A stretch of 64,000 bases of DNA from an uncultured delta proteobacterium (lineage in GTDB: Bacteria; Myxococcota_A; UBA9160; SMWR01). Position 1 is the stretch's first letter; each line of letters starts with the position of its first letter. The stretch spans positions 128,001 through 192,000 of the forward strand of contig CAWHTE010000005.1 of the NCBI GenBank assembly GCA_963832165.1. Direction: 5' to 3'. The notes beneath the pieces were generated by a model. That model was not told the DNA's origin. It saw nothing but the letters and a program-made list of their open reading frames with translations, and made no database searches. Positions 28,868-39,213 of the stretch are shown piece after piece. Position numbers and translations under genes: made by a program.

Positions 28868-30021
28868 CTAGCGCGAGCGCCGTCGCACGATCGCGTGGCA
28901 GATCGCCAGCATCGCGAGCGCACCGCCAGCGCCGAGCACCGCGCCCGGCTCGGGCGCGATGTTGTACTGCACCCAGCTCCGGTTCGAGTTGCCCTTCGAG
29001 AGCGTCCGGTTGCTCAGCGCTCCGGAGACGAGCGAGAGCGTGCCGACTCCGCCCACGCGCCCGTCTTTACCCGTGATCGTGAACAGCTCCGGCGTGGCCG
29101 CCGCGGCCGCATCCGACAGCGTGATCATGCCGGTCGTCCACGGGAAGCCCCAGCTCGTGGCCATGTTCGTGAAAATGCCGCTCGTTCCACCGACCGCTTG
29201 CTTCGACTGCCTGATGAGACCCATCGCGGTCGGCGCGCTGACATTCACCTTGCCCGGACTCATCGCCTTCACCGGGAAGGTCTTGTTCGTGTACGGCGTC
29301 ATCGGGCCCAACAATCGCGGCACCCGCGGCTGCCTTCGAGTTCGGGAACGCGAACACGATGTCTGCTACGCAGTTCGCTTGAGCGCCGCCGAAATCGGGG
29401 TGTACGCACGGCGCCATCCCGCCGAGCGCCAGCCACACCTTGATCGGCGTCACGTCGTCGACGCGTGTGGCAGAGCCGCCGCCGAACTGGTTGACGGTCT
29501 TCGTGTAGATGACGAACGACCCACCCACGGGGCCAGGCAGTACCAGAGGAGTCGCACCGCCGGCGCGGAAGCCCTTCTTGAACACCGCGTTGTCGGCCAC
29601 GCCTCCGACCGAAGTTACCGGGACCCGAGAACAGGATGTTCGTGCGCACCTGCATCACGTTCGGGTTGTTGAGCTGAACGCCCGCGAAGAGCGGCCCGGG
29701 GGCCAGCCGGAAGAACTGCCCCGGTTGGACCGTCATCTGCTTCGGATCAACGCCGTTCGTCTGCTTGACCCGCCCGAGCGGGATGGCGGGGATCAGCAGC
29801 GGCGGGAAGTTCATTCCCGTGCCGATCGCGCCACCCATGCTGAGCTTTCCGCCGTCGACGGGGTTCGTAGCGGCTTGCACCGGCAGCGGCAGACCACCTC
29901 CGATCTGCGCCTGAGCACCTCCGCTGATCGCGTATTCCGTCGTCTGCGCTTGCGCCGCACCCGCGAAAGCGATCGCGACTAACAGGCACGCAACGCGGAG
30001 CGACTTGCTATGGAACGACAT
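28868..30021 (-). CDS. PEP-CTERM surface protein (Cys-His variant), frameshifted at ~29600 and ~29320
   Basis: Signal peptide ending AQA-Q. AQIGGGLPLPVQ matches the paralogs. C-terminus GFPWTTG...APEPGAVLGAGGALAMLAICHAIVRRRSR. AAGGAG RBS. Confidence 0.82.
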
Positions 30022-30062
30022 AGTCATCTCTCCTTGACGAGGAGCCCCGCAGGACCCCTCTG

Positions 30063-30076
30063 GGTTGGATCCAACC
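30063..30076. promoter_or_regulatory. Perfect 14-bp palindrome upstream of the PEP-CTERM gene
   Basis: GGTTGGATCCAACC in the intergenic region. Confidence 0.35.
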
Positions 30077-30134
30077 GAGCTCAGTCCAACATATTTTGCG
30101 GTGTGGAGTCAATAGATAGATGGGCTAAGCGCAT

Positions 30135-32423
30135 CTATTTCCCCTCGGGGACCGCGTCTTGGTCCTCACCCGACGATCCTTTCTCCCGCAGTGCCCGCGC
30201 GCGCTGGGCGATCTGTTCGGCCTGCTTCGCCTCGCCGCGCTTCTCGTAGACCTTCGCGAGCAGGTCGAGCGCATCCGCACCCCCGCCGAACCTCGCGGCG
30301 CGGCGTGCCCGATCCAGCGTGCGATCCGTCGCCAGACCGCGGTCCAGATCGATCGAGGCGCGCAGCGCGGCCGCCTCGCTCTCGAAGGGGTGGGCGCCCA
30401 GCAGCGCGTCGAGCCGTTCGGCGGCGGGATCGGGCTGGCCCGCCGCGATCAGCGCGCGCGAAGCCAGGATCCCGAGCTTCGGATCGCTGCCGTCGGCGGC
30501 GATTGCGCGGTCGAACAGCGCCAGGGCCCCTTTCGGATCGCTCGCGAGCGCGAGGCGTCCCATCCCCGCGAGCGCGCGCGCCTGGTTCGGATCGAGCTCG
30601 ACGGCTCGCGCATAGGCAGCGCGCGCGGCCTCGGCTTTGTCGCCGCGCAGCTCGAGATCGAGACCTCGGATCTCCTGGAATACGGCCGCGTTCGGGCGAG
30701 CGCGCAGCGCGGACGTGAGCTCGGCCGGCGTCTCGCGCCGACCGGCCTCGTGCGAGAAGCGCACGAGCGCGCGCAGCGCGTCGGCGTTGCGCGGATCCTC
30801 GAGATCGACCTCGCGCGCGTGGCGCCGGAGTACCTCGACAGCCGCCTTCGGCCCCCCCGAGCTCTCCGAGACACCGCTCGCCGCTTCGGCGAGCCCGCGC
30901 GCGGCCGCGTCCGGCTCCAGGGCCACGAAGCGCGACCAGGTTCCGTCGACCTCCTCGGGAGTGCCGAGGCGTCCCACGACCTGCAGCACGAGCAGGCGCC
31001 CCTGCGGCTCGAGCGGCTTGTTGTCGAGATCGCGCAACAGCTGCGCCGCGAAGCGCGCTTTACCCTCCGCGAGGAGCAGCATGGCGGCGCGCGTGCGCGC
31101 CTCGGTGGCGGCGGGATCGATCCGGATCGCGGTCCGGTACTCCTCCATCGCACGGTCGAAGTTCCCGAGGTCTTCGGCCGCGCGCGCCGCGTAGTAACGC
31201 GTCCACGGATTGTCGGGCCAGATCCGGAAGCCCGCGTCGTACTCCGCGAGAGCACGTGCGGGGTCCCCCTGCTTCTGCGCCACTCTCGCGAGGATCATGT
31301 GCTGATGCGCGGGCACAGTGATGCTCTCTGCGACCTGCTTGGCGCGATCGAGCTGGCCTGCGAGCACGAGCGCATCCGCGTACTCGAAGCGAAGCTCCGG
31401 AGCGACCGGTCCCGCCTTCTCGTTGGCTTCGAGCGCATGCTCCAGCGCCTCCGCCGCGCCGCCGAATTCCTGCACCGACATGCGGAACTTGCCGAGGTCG
31501 CGCCAGGCGCCCGCGGCGGTGGCCGGGTCCTCGACGCGCGTGGCCGCGCGCAACAGCTCGTCTCCCTCGGCGGTGCGTCCGGCCACGTGCAGACGAGCGG
31601 CCAGCGTGCTCCGGTACGCCTGCGCGCTCGGCTCGCTTTGGAGCGCGGCGCGCAACACCGCGGTCGACTGCTCGAACTCGCCGAGACCGTCGTGGAACTG
31701 GATCGCCTTCCACACCACCTCGGGTGAGCTGGGATGGTCCGCGAGGCAGTTCTTCCAGATCGAGCGCGCGCGCTCGATGTCGGCGCTTTCTTCGGTGAAG
31801 ATCGCCCGGGTCGCGCAGTACCACGCGCGCACGCTCTCGGGCGATTCCACCTCGTCGATCCGGCGCTCGAGCTCGGCCATCGACGTGCGCACTTCGTCGA
31901 TCCGGTCGAGCAGCAGCAGCGCGACGATTCGCGGCTCGTACGCGACCACCGAGTCGGGATCGAGCTCGAGCACGCGGTTCGCGTCGGCGAGCGCCTGCTC
32001 GGGATCCTTCCGCCATTGCGCGTGGGCCTTCGCGCGCAGGAGCAGCGCCTCCTTGTTGTCGGGCTCCTGCTCGAGGACGCGCCCCGCGGCGTCGACCACC
32101 TCGTTGTAGTCCGCGGTCGCGAGCGACGAGTAGGCGAGCTGGAGTCCCGCTCGCACGAGCCACGTCGAATCCTCCATCGCCTTGCGCAGCGGAAAGGTGG
32201 CCAGGCTGTTGCGCCCGGTGATCGCGAGCGCGCGCCCGTAGAGGTAGTTGGTCTCTGGATGCTCGGGTCCTCCGCGAGCAGCTGGCGCAGCGGCTCGATC
32301 GACGCCCTCGAAGTTGCCGCTTGCCTGTTGCTTCCGGATCGCTTCGAGCGGATCGACCTGTGTGCAGCTCGCGAGTGCGAGAGCTGCGAGGCATGCGGCG
32401 AGAACGCCGCGACTGATGCGCAT
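30135..32423 (-). CDS. TPR lipoprotein, paralog of 5507-7705
   Basis: Lipobox LALASC. Shared blocks WxCATRA(V/I)FTEE, FEYADAL(L/V)LAG, FR(V/I)WPDN. Compensating indels at ~32270-32305. TATACT lies 9 nt before the ATG. Confidence 0.85.
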   Translation of the reverse strand: MRISRGVLAACLAALALASCTQVDPLEAIRKQQASGNFEGVDRAAAPAARGGPEHPETNYLYGRALAITGRNSLATFPLRKAMEDSTWLVRAGLQLAYSSLATADYNEVVDAAGRVLEQEPDNKEALLLRAKAHAQWRKDPEQALADANRVLELDPDSVVAYEPRIVALLLLDRIDEVRTSMAELERRIDEVESPESVRAWYCATRAIFTEESADIERARSIWKNCLADHPSSPEVVWKAIQFHDGLGEFEQSTAVLRAALQSEPSAQAYRSTLAARLHVAGRTAEGDELLRAATRVEDPATAAGAWRDLGKFRMSVQEFGGAAEALEHALEANEKAGPVAPELRFEYADALVLAGQLDRAKQVAESITVPAHQHMILARVAQKQGDPARALAEYDAGFRIWPDNPWTRYYAARAAEDLGNFDRAMEEYRTAIRIDPAATEARTRAAMLLLAEGKARFAAQLLRDLDNKPLEPQGRLLVLQVVGRLGTPEEVDGTWSRFVALEPDAAARGLAEAASGVSESSGGPKAAVEVLRRHAREVDLEDPRNADALRALVRFSHEAGRRETPAELTSALRARPNAAVFQEIRGLDLELRGDKAEAARAAYARAVELDPNQARALAGMGRLALASDPKGALALFDRAIAADGSDPKLGILASRALIAAGQPDPAAERLDALLGAHPFESEAAALRASIDLDRGLATDRTLDRARRAARFGGGADALDLLAKVYEKRGEAKQAEQIAQRARALREKGSSGEDQDAVPEGK

Positions 32424-32487
32424 GGGGGGCCGAGTATACGCAGCGCGCGCGAAGGCAGCCCAGATCGGCTGCGCTAGCCTGCGCGCC

Positions 32488-33895
32488 GTGCAGGGCTCGC
32501 TGCTCGACCGGCGTTGGCCGTGGCTGGTCGCCGCGGGTGTGATCATACTCGTATTCCTCTCGACGTTGATCGAGAAGCGGCCCGACGGCCTCGATCGCCG
32601 TCCGATCGGCACCGCGGACGACATCGCGCGACTGCGCGAGCGCAGCGATCTGAACGTGCTGTTCGTGCTCGTCGACATGTTGCGCGCCGATCGCCTCGGC
32701 AGCTACGGATACGCGCGCGACACGAGCCCGACGCTCGACCGCGCTCGCCGCGAGCGGCGTGCGCTTCAGCCGCCAGCTCTCGCAATCGTCGTGGACCAAG
32801 GAATCGATGGCCTCGCTCTGGACGGGTCTGTTCCCGCCGCGCAGCGGAGTGACGCGTTTCGACCACGTGCTCCCCGAAGCCGCCGAGCTGCCCGCGGAGA
32901 TGCTCGCGAAGGCGGGTTTCCAGACGATCGGGATCTACCGCAACGGCTGGGTCGCGCCGACGTTCGGCTTCGGACAGGGATACGACGTCTACCAGCGCCC
33001 GAGCCCGCGGCCCGTGCCCGCGACCGTGAAGCTCGCCAATCCCACGATCAAGGAGCGCGGCACCGACGAGGATGCCGTGGAGGCGGCGTTCGAGTTCCTG
33101 CGCGTGGCGGGCCGCAAGCGCTGGTATCTCTACCTGCACCTGATGGACGTCCACGAATACCTCTACGACGAGGAATCCGCGCTGTTCGGCACCGACCACC
33201 CGGACATCTACGACAACGCGATCCGACACACCGACAGCGTGATCGACGTGCTGCTCGAGGGCGTCGCCGACGCGGGCTACCTCGACAAGACCGTGGTCGT
33301 GATCGCGGCCGACCACGGCGAGGCATTCGGCGAGCGCGGCTTCGACGGGCACGCGCGCGAGGTCTACCGCGAGACCACCGAGGTCCCGTTCCTGATCGCA
33401 TTTCCGTTCCGGCTCGAGTCCGGGGTTACCGTCCACGCGACCACGCGCAACGTCGACGTTTGGCCGACCGTGCTCGACCTGCTCGGCCTCGCGATGCCAG
33501 AGGGCGTGGACGGCCGCTCGCTCGTGCCCGAGATCCTCGCGCTCGCGCGCGGGGATCAGAGCGCCGTCGCGGATCGCACGGGGTTCGCCCACATCGATCA
33601 GACGTGGGGCCAGCCCTCGCTCGCGCCCAAGCCCGCGGTCGCCGTGGTCGAGGAGGGCCACCGCTACGTGCGCGTCGAGCAGGGCAGCCGGGTGGTCGAG
33701 CAGCTGTTCGACTCGCGCGAGGATCCCGACGAGCTGCGCGATCGCGCGCGCGAGCAGCCCGAGCTCGTCGCACGGCTGCGCGAGCGGGCCGAGCAACAGC
33801 TCACCACTTCTGCGCCCTGGGGCGACACGCCCACGCGAGAGCTCGGCGAGCTCGAGCTCAACCACCTGCGCGCGCTCGGCTATGCGCTGCCTTGA
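32488..33895 (+). CDS. Sulfatase-like hydrolase/transferase, paralog of 7729-9132 (frameshift at ~32745)
   Basis: RRWPWLV TM helix, LVDMLRADRLG, SSWTKESMASL, HLMDVHEY, ADHGE, LRALGY. TAGCCT lies 7 nt before the GTG. Confidence 0.88.
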
Positions 33896-33904
33896 GCCCG
33901 CGGC

Positions 33905-36585
33905 TCAGAACGTGACGGTGACGGTTCCGCCGAACGTGCGCGGATCGTTCACGTAGTAGATCGTCGTGCGCTGAAACGTGCTGCCGTCGAAGGCGAAGGT
34001 CTTGGTGGCCTTGTTCTCGATGTTGCGGACCCAGCCCGCGACCTCGAGCCGGCCGTCGGGGGTGCGATACGCGAGCCGCGCGCCGTGCAGCCAGTACGCG
34101 CGCTGCCCGATCGTGAGCTTGGGAAGGAAGGTGATGCCCTGATTGTTGGGGATGCCCCGCCCCTTCGTCGCGTCGTAGTAGGTGTCGTCGCTCCACGCGC
34201 CGTCGTAGCGCGGCGCCAGATATCCGTACCTGCCGAGCGGAATCAGCTGCTCGGCCGAGATGCTGACCTTGAAGCGCGGCGAGTTCAGCAGCGGGTTGCC
34301 CGAGTTCTGGAGCTCGCGATTGATCGTGATCTGCTGGCCCGAGCGCGCGATGACCTGCTGCTGCAGCAGCGTGAAGTCGAGGAACTGCGTCTCGAGCCAG
34401 CCGAAGCGCACGTTCACGAATGCGCCGACCCAGGGCCGAATCAGCGCATCGATCTCGGCGCCGTACACCTCGGCGTCGTTCGCATTGAGGATCACGAACT
34501 CGGGGCCGCTGCCCGCGAACTGCTGCGCCGTGAAGATCTGATAGTCCGCGTAGTTGTAGTAGAACAGCGAAGCGTCGCCCGAGAGGATTCCGCCGAAGAA
34601 CTCCGCTCGCAGACCGGTCTCGAACGCGTCGATCGTCTCGGGATCCGCGATCGAGATCTGCTGGATTCGCGAGCCCGTCGCGTTGTAGTGCCCGGGCTTC
34701 CAGCCGCGGTTGTACTTCCAGTAGACGTGCGTGTCCTCGTTGAACCGGTACGTGAGCTTCAGGATGCCCGTGGGCGCGCGCCAGGTGTCGCGCTCGTTGA
34801 GCGCGAGCGGCTGCCCCAGGTCTTCGAGCTGGTAGTCGATCTTCTTCTTCTCGAAGTTCCAGCGCACGCCCCCGTCGAGCGTGAAGTCGTCCCAGAAGTC
34901 GAACCCGAACTGCCCGTAGCCCCCGAGGCTCAGCACGTTCTGCTCGTAGGCGCGATTGCTCACCGCGGCGACCGTGAGTATTCCGAGGTCGTTGTTGACA
35001 CCGATCTTGAGCTTCTCACTGAGTCCGTAGCCGCCGACCTCCCAGCGCACCGGCGACTCGGGGATGATTTCGTGCTCGCCCGCGAACGAGATGTCCTGCG
35101 TGTACTGGTGGCCGTGGTCCTTGGTCCGGATGTGGAAGAGCGTCTCGGGCGACTGGTCGAGGTCGAGGCCGATCGCGCGGTTGTATGTGTCGTAGCCGGT
35201 CGTGCTCGTGAGGTCGATCTCGAACGGCAGCAGGATCTCGCTCTTCAGGTACATCCCGTAGACGTCGTTCGTGGTGTCGCCGACGAAGTCGAAGTCGCCC
35301 GACCAGGGCCGCTCGTCGAGGTTGCGCGCGAGCTCGTTCGCGACCTGGCGCCGCGCGTTGTCGAGCTGGACGAAGCTCGGGTTCGTCCCCACCGGCGGTC
35401 CGCACGTGATCGTGAGGTTGAACGCGTTGTTGTAACAGGGCGCGAGCTCGTTCATCCGGCGTATGACCTCGGGCGCGATGTAGCCCGTGGTGCCCTGATT
35501 CCCGCCGAGCAGGTTGTTGATCCGCGCCCCGTTCGGGAACGCCTGGACCGCGGCGCAGTTGTTGACATCCCCGTTCAGGCAGTAATTGCCCGTGACGCCG
35601 TACGACTGCCCGAGCCGGGAGAGCTCGTCCCGGCGCGCGCCGTGGAAGCCGAGCAGGAACGAGGTCTCGAGCGTGGGCTCGAAGCGCAGCGTGCCGCGCG
35701 CGGCCCAGTTGTTGCGGTTGTTCACCCAGTCCTCGAGGCCGGGAGGAACCTCCGAGACATTGGAGAGCCCGGAATCGGGATTCACGATCACCAAGACCTG
35801 CTCGCCGCACAGCGACCACGGGGGATCGCGGTCCGTCTGACGGTTGGCGGCGCGCACGCCGGCGTCGGGCATCACCGCGCGCTGGTCGTAGGGAGGCGCG
35901 CTGCCGCAGCGGTTGCGCATCGTGCCGTCGCGCTGCTGGAAGCGGAATCCGATCCGCGCGGACAGGATTTCCTCGAAGATCGGCGCCTCGATCGCGCCCT
36001 CGTAGTCTTCGTGGTTGAAGTTGCCGCCCTCGGCGCGCAGGTAGCCGTTGAACTGGCCGGTGGGCTTGCGCGTGTAGAGCTTGATCGCGCCCGCCGAGGA
36101 GTTGCGCGCGAGGCCGCTTCCCTGCGGCCCGCGCAGCACGTTGACCGACTCCATGTCGAAGAGCGTGCCGAGCTGGAGCGCCGGCGCGTTCAGCGCCACG
36201 TCGTCGGCGTAGACCGCGACGGCGCCGGTCGAGTTCGCGTTGAAGTCGTTCAGGCCGACGCCGCGGATGAAGAAGGTGGGGGTCGTCGCGCCCGCGGTCA
36301 CGATCTCGAGGTTAGGCGTGAACGCCGCCAGGTCGGCGATGTTGGCGGCGCCGAGCGCGACCAGGTCGGCCGCGCTGAACGCCGTCACCGAGTCGGCGAC
36401 CTTGAAGTCGGACGCGGCCTCCGACTCCGCGCCGCGCACGACGATCTCCTCGACCCCGGATCCGGGCGGCCCGGGTGCGTCCTGCGCGCGCGAGCGGGGG
36501 AAACGAACAGGAGCGCGAGCGAGACGAGGGCGCCAAGCCCGCCGAGGAGCGAGAGCCGGTTCCCCAGCGGTTTCCGGATTGTCAT
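33905..36585 (-). CDS. TonB-dependent receptor, paralog of 9176-11782 (signal-peptide region frameshifted at ~36455-36500)
   Basis: EEIVVRG, FFIRGVGLNDFNAN, VNVLRGPQG, WKPGHYNAT, DPRTFGGTVTVTF. The signal peptide MTIRKPLG...SPARA is in another frame. Confidence 0.9.
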
Positions 36586-36634
36586 GTAGGAGAGCAAACC
36601 TCCTGCGACTCCGTGCTTCCTTTTACGCAACTCC

Positions 36635-36648
36635 GTGTGGTAATCCTA
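36635..36648 (+). promoter_or_regulatory. Second copy of GTGTGGTAAT(C)CTA, 7 nt before the ATG
   Basis: Matches 11837-11850 in sequence and spacing. Confidence 0.5.
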
Positions 36649-36655
36649 CGGCCAC

Positions 36656-37729
36656 ATGCGAGCTGGGGTCAATCAAGTAGTTGCCGGTTGGACGCTCTTG
36701 GCGATCGCCGGCGCGCCCGGCATCGCAGCGTCCGAAGAGCCCGACGCACCCTACGGCGAGAACCGCTTCGTGCCATCGTTCTCGATCATCAGTGGCGTGG
36801 TCGAGCAGGGGATCGATGGCTCGCAGAGTTCGATCCGGTTCGACGACGACGTCCCGCAACCGCTCGAACTGCGCCGTTCGCGGGTGGGTGACGACAACGT
36901 CGTGACCCCCTTCGTGGGCGGCTCGCTCGAGCTCATGACGCCCGCGCTGCCGATTCCGACCCGCCCGCGCTTCTTCGTGAGCGGCGAGATCCTGCCCCTG
37001 TTCGCGAGCGAGCATCAGCCCGCTCAGGAGGGGAAGCCCTCGCGAATTCGCGGCCCCGAGGTCAGCGCGGTGCTCGCGGTGGAAGAGGACGAGTTTCACC
37101 ACGTGACCAATCCGGCAGGTCCGCGAGGGCCCGCGTCAGATTCCGTTCGCAGAGGCCGAGGCCAACGGCCAGGGCATGGTCACGAGCGCGCAATGGGGCA
37201 GAGTGGCACTGGCCGCGAAGGCGGGTGTGGCGTTCGGCTTCGAGCTCTTCGGGCGCCAGCTCCGGATCAAGCCGTCGGCGGGCTGGATCCAGTATGAAGT
37301 CATATGAAGGGATACATGGTCGATCCGACCTGCTTTCCGACCACGCGCTGCACGAACCTCTACACCGAGAGAGACCCCCTCACCGGGGCCGGGACGTTGG
37401 TCGCGGAGCCCGGCCTTCTGCGCGAATCGATCATCGCGGGCAGTGACCATGGCGTATTCGACGGCGTCGGGCCCGGCGTGGATCTCGAGGTGGACACGGC
37501 TCGCATCGGTCCGCTCGGCGTTTCGCTGTTCCTCGGCATGCACGCCTACTATCTGCCCGGCGACCGCGACATCAGGGTGACCGTGAGCCAATCGCACAAC
37601 GACGCCGACCTGGACCCCGCCACGACGGGGATCGACACCGACGTCGCGACCTGGCGCGTGCGCGTCGAGCCCTGGATCTATCGGGCTGGCGTCGGCATCC
37701 GCTTCTCGTGGCTGGGGACCAGCGACTAA
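36656..37729 (+). CDS. Putative OM beta-barrel, paralog of 11858-12892 (frameshifts at ~37135 and ~37300)
   Basis: RFVPSFSIISG, VTPFVGGSLELMTPALP, FDGVGPGVDLEVDT and WIYRAGVGIRFSW align with the first copy. Confidence 0.72.
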
Positions 37730-37738
37730 CGTCCGCGA

Positions 37739-38334
37739 TCAGTTCGCGGTCGCCGGTACGGCAGGAGCCGCTGCCGCGCTCTGGGGCGGGTACACCGCGA
37801 GCACGCGCGCCACCGCCTCGTCGAGGTTCGCAGCGAGTCCGTCCAGGAAGCGCTCGTCGAGCTGTGCCTGCCAGAGGAGCCGCTCCTGACCGGAGCTCGT
37901 GATGAACACCGAGAGCCGGCAGCGGTCGTACGCGCGCATCTCGGTGACGTCGCCCTGGATCTCGTAGGACCCGGAATGATGGAAGCTGTGGCAGCGTCTG
38001 CGTGGCGCTCGACCGCCGGTGCGCCTGCATCGAGCGCCAGACCACGAGCAGCGCGGCGACGCGCACCTGCGCCTGGCCGGGTGCGCGTTCGAGCCCGCGC
38101 GCGTGCAGCTCGTTCTCGACCAGCGCGGTGAGCTTGTCCGCGAGCAGGTTCTCGTCGTGCGAAGGCGCGCGTCACGACCACGGCGCGGCCGTCGATCCAG
38201 TCCCAGGACCGCAGCGGCGCGAGGTCCTCGCGCGCGTCGTACTGGACCGAGATCGGCGGCGGCGTCTCGCAGCCGACGGCCAGGCACGCCAGCAGCGGTG
38301 CAGCGACTAGAGCGACGAATCCGAGACCCCGCAT
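37739..38334 (-). CDS. DUF4136-like lipoprotein (frameshifted at ~38170 and ~38000)
   Basis: Lipobox LAVGC, then VQYDAREDLAPLRSWDW. C-terminus RLLWQA...DEAVARVLAVYPP is typical of this family. Confidence 0.6.
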
Positions 38335-38366
38335 CGAGGCCTCCGGGCCAGGGGATTCCACCCCTC

Positions 38367-39207
38367 ATGTTAGACTCCGCGCGCGCCTCCCGCCCGAGGC
38401 AGCGTCAGGAGTCCGGACCCGCCTTGGGACGCGCGAGCGGAGCGAGACTTTGGATCGGCGCCGGCCTGGCCGCCGCGCTGTGGACCGCCTGCGCGAGCGA
38501 GCCGCCCCACGCGACCACCGTGCTCGCGAAGGTTCCCGAGCGGATCGTGATCCTGCCGCTCAACGTGCCCGTCGCGATGCCGGCCGAGCTCGAGCCCTCG
38601 AGCCCGGCCGTCTGGAGCGCGCTCGAGTCCTACCTGCGCGCGCAGGGCTCCTCACTCAAGACGGTGTCGTTCCCCTCCGCGCGCGGTCTCTGGCTCACGA
38701 GCATCCGCGACGCCCAGGCCGCGGCAGAAGGACTCGATGCGGGCGAAGAAGCCGGATTTCGATGATGCCGCGCGGATCTTCGTCGAGAAGTTGAAGGAAA
38801 GCGCCGAATTCGACGCGGTGATCGTGCCGTCGCTCTACATCCAGCGCGCGGCGCTGACAGGCACCAAGGCGAGCTGGGACGGAGTCGAGCGCACGATCGA
38901 AGTCGACGCGCCGGGGCGCGGGGTCATCCAGGTCCCCGACGACGCGCCGATCGAGGGCGCGGCGCCCGCGGCGTCACTGCACGCCGTGGTGCTCGATGCC
39001 GCGGGAAACAAGCTCCAGGAGACGCGCACGGGTCTCGTGCTGCTCGTCCGCGCGCGGCTCGCGACGACCGAGGTCGGCGAGCCGAGCTTCACGTTCGTCC
39101 CGATCCAGGACCCGTTCGCCGATCGCGAGCATCTCACGGAAGGAATCGCGAAGGCGCTGTCACCCTTCATCGTGCCGCGCAGCGAAGAGCCGAGCCGCAA
39201 GCGTTAG
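38367..39207 (+). CDS. Putative lipoprotein of unknown function (frameshift at ~38735; start uncertain)
   Basis: LWTAC lipobox and RIVILPLN in the first frame. Continues FDAVIVPSL...IAKALSPF in a second frame. Confidence 0.55.
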
Positions 39208-39213
39208 AGCCCG

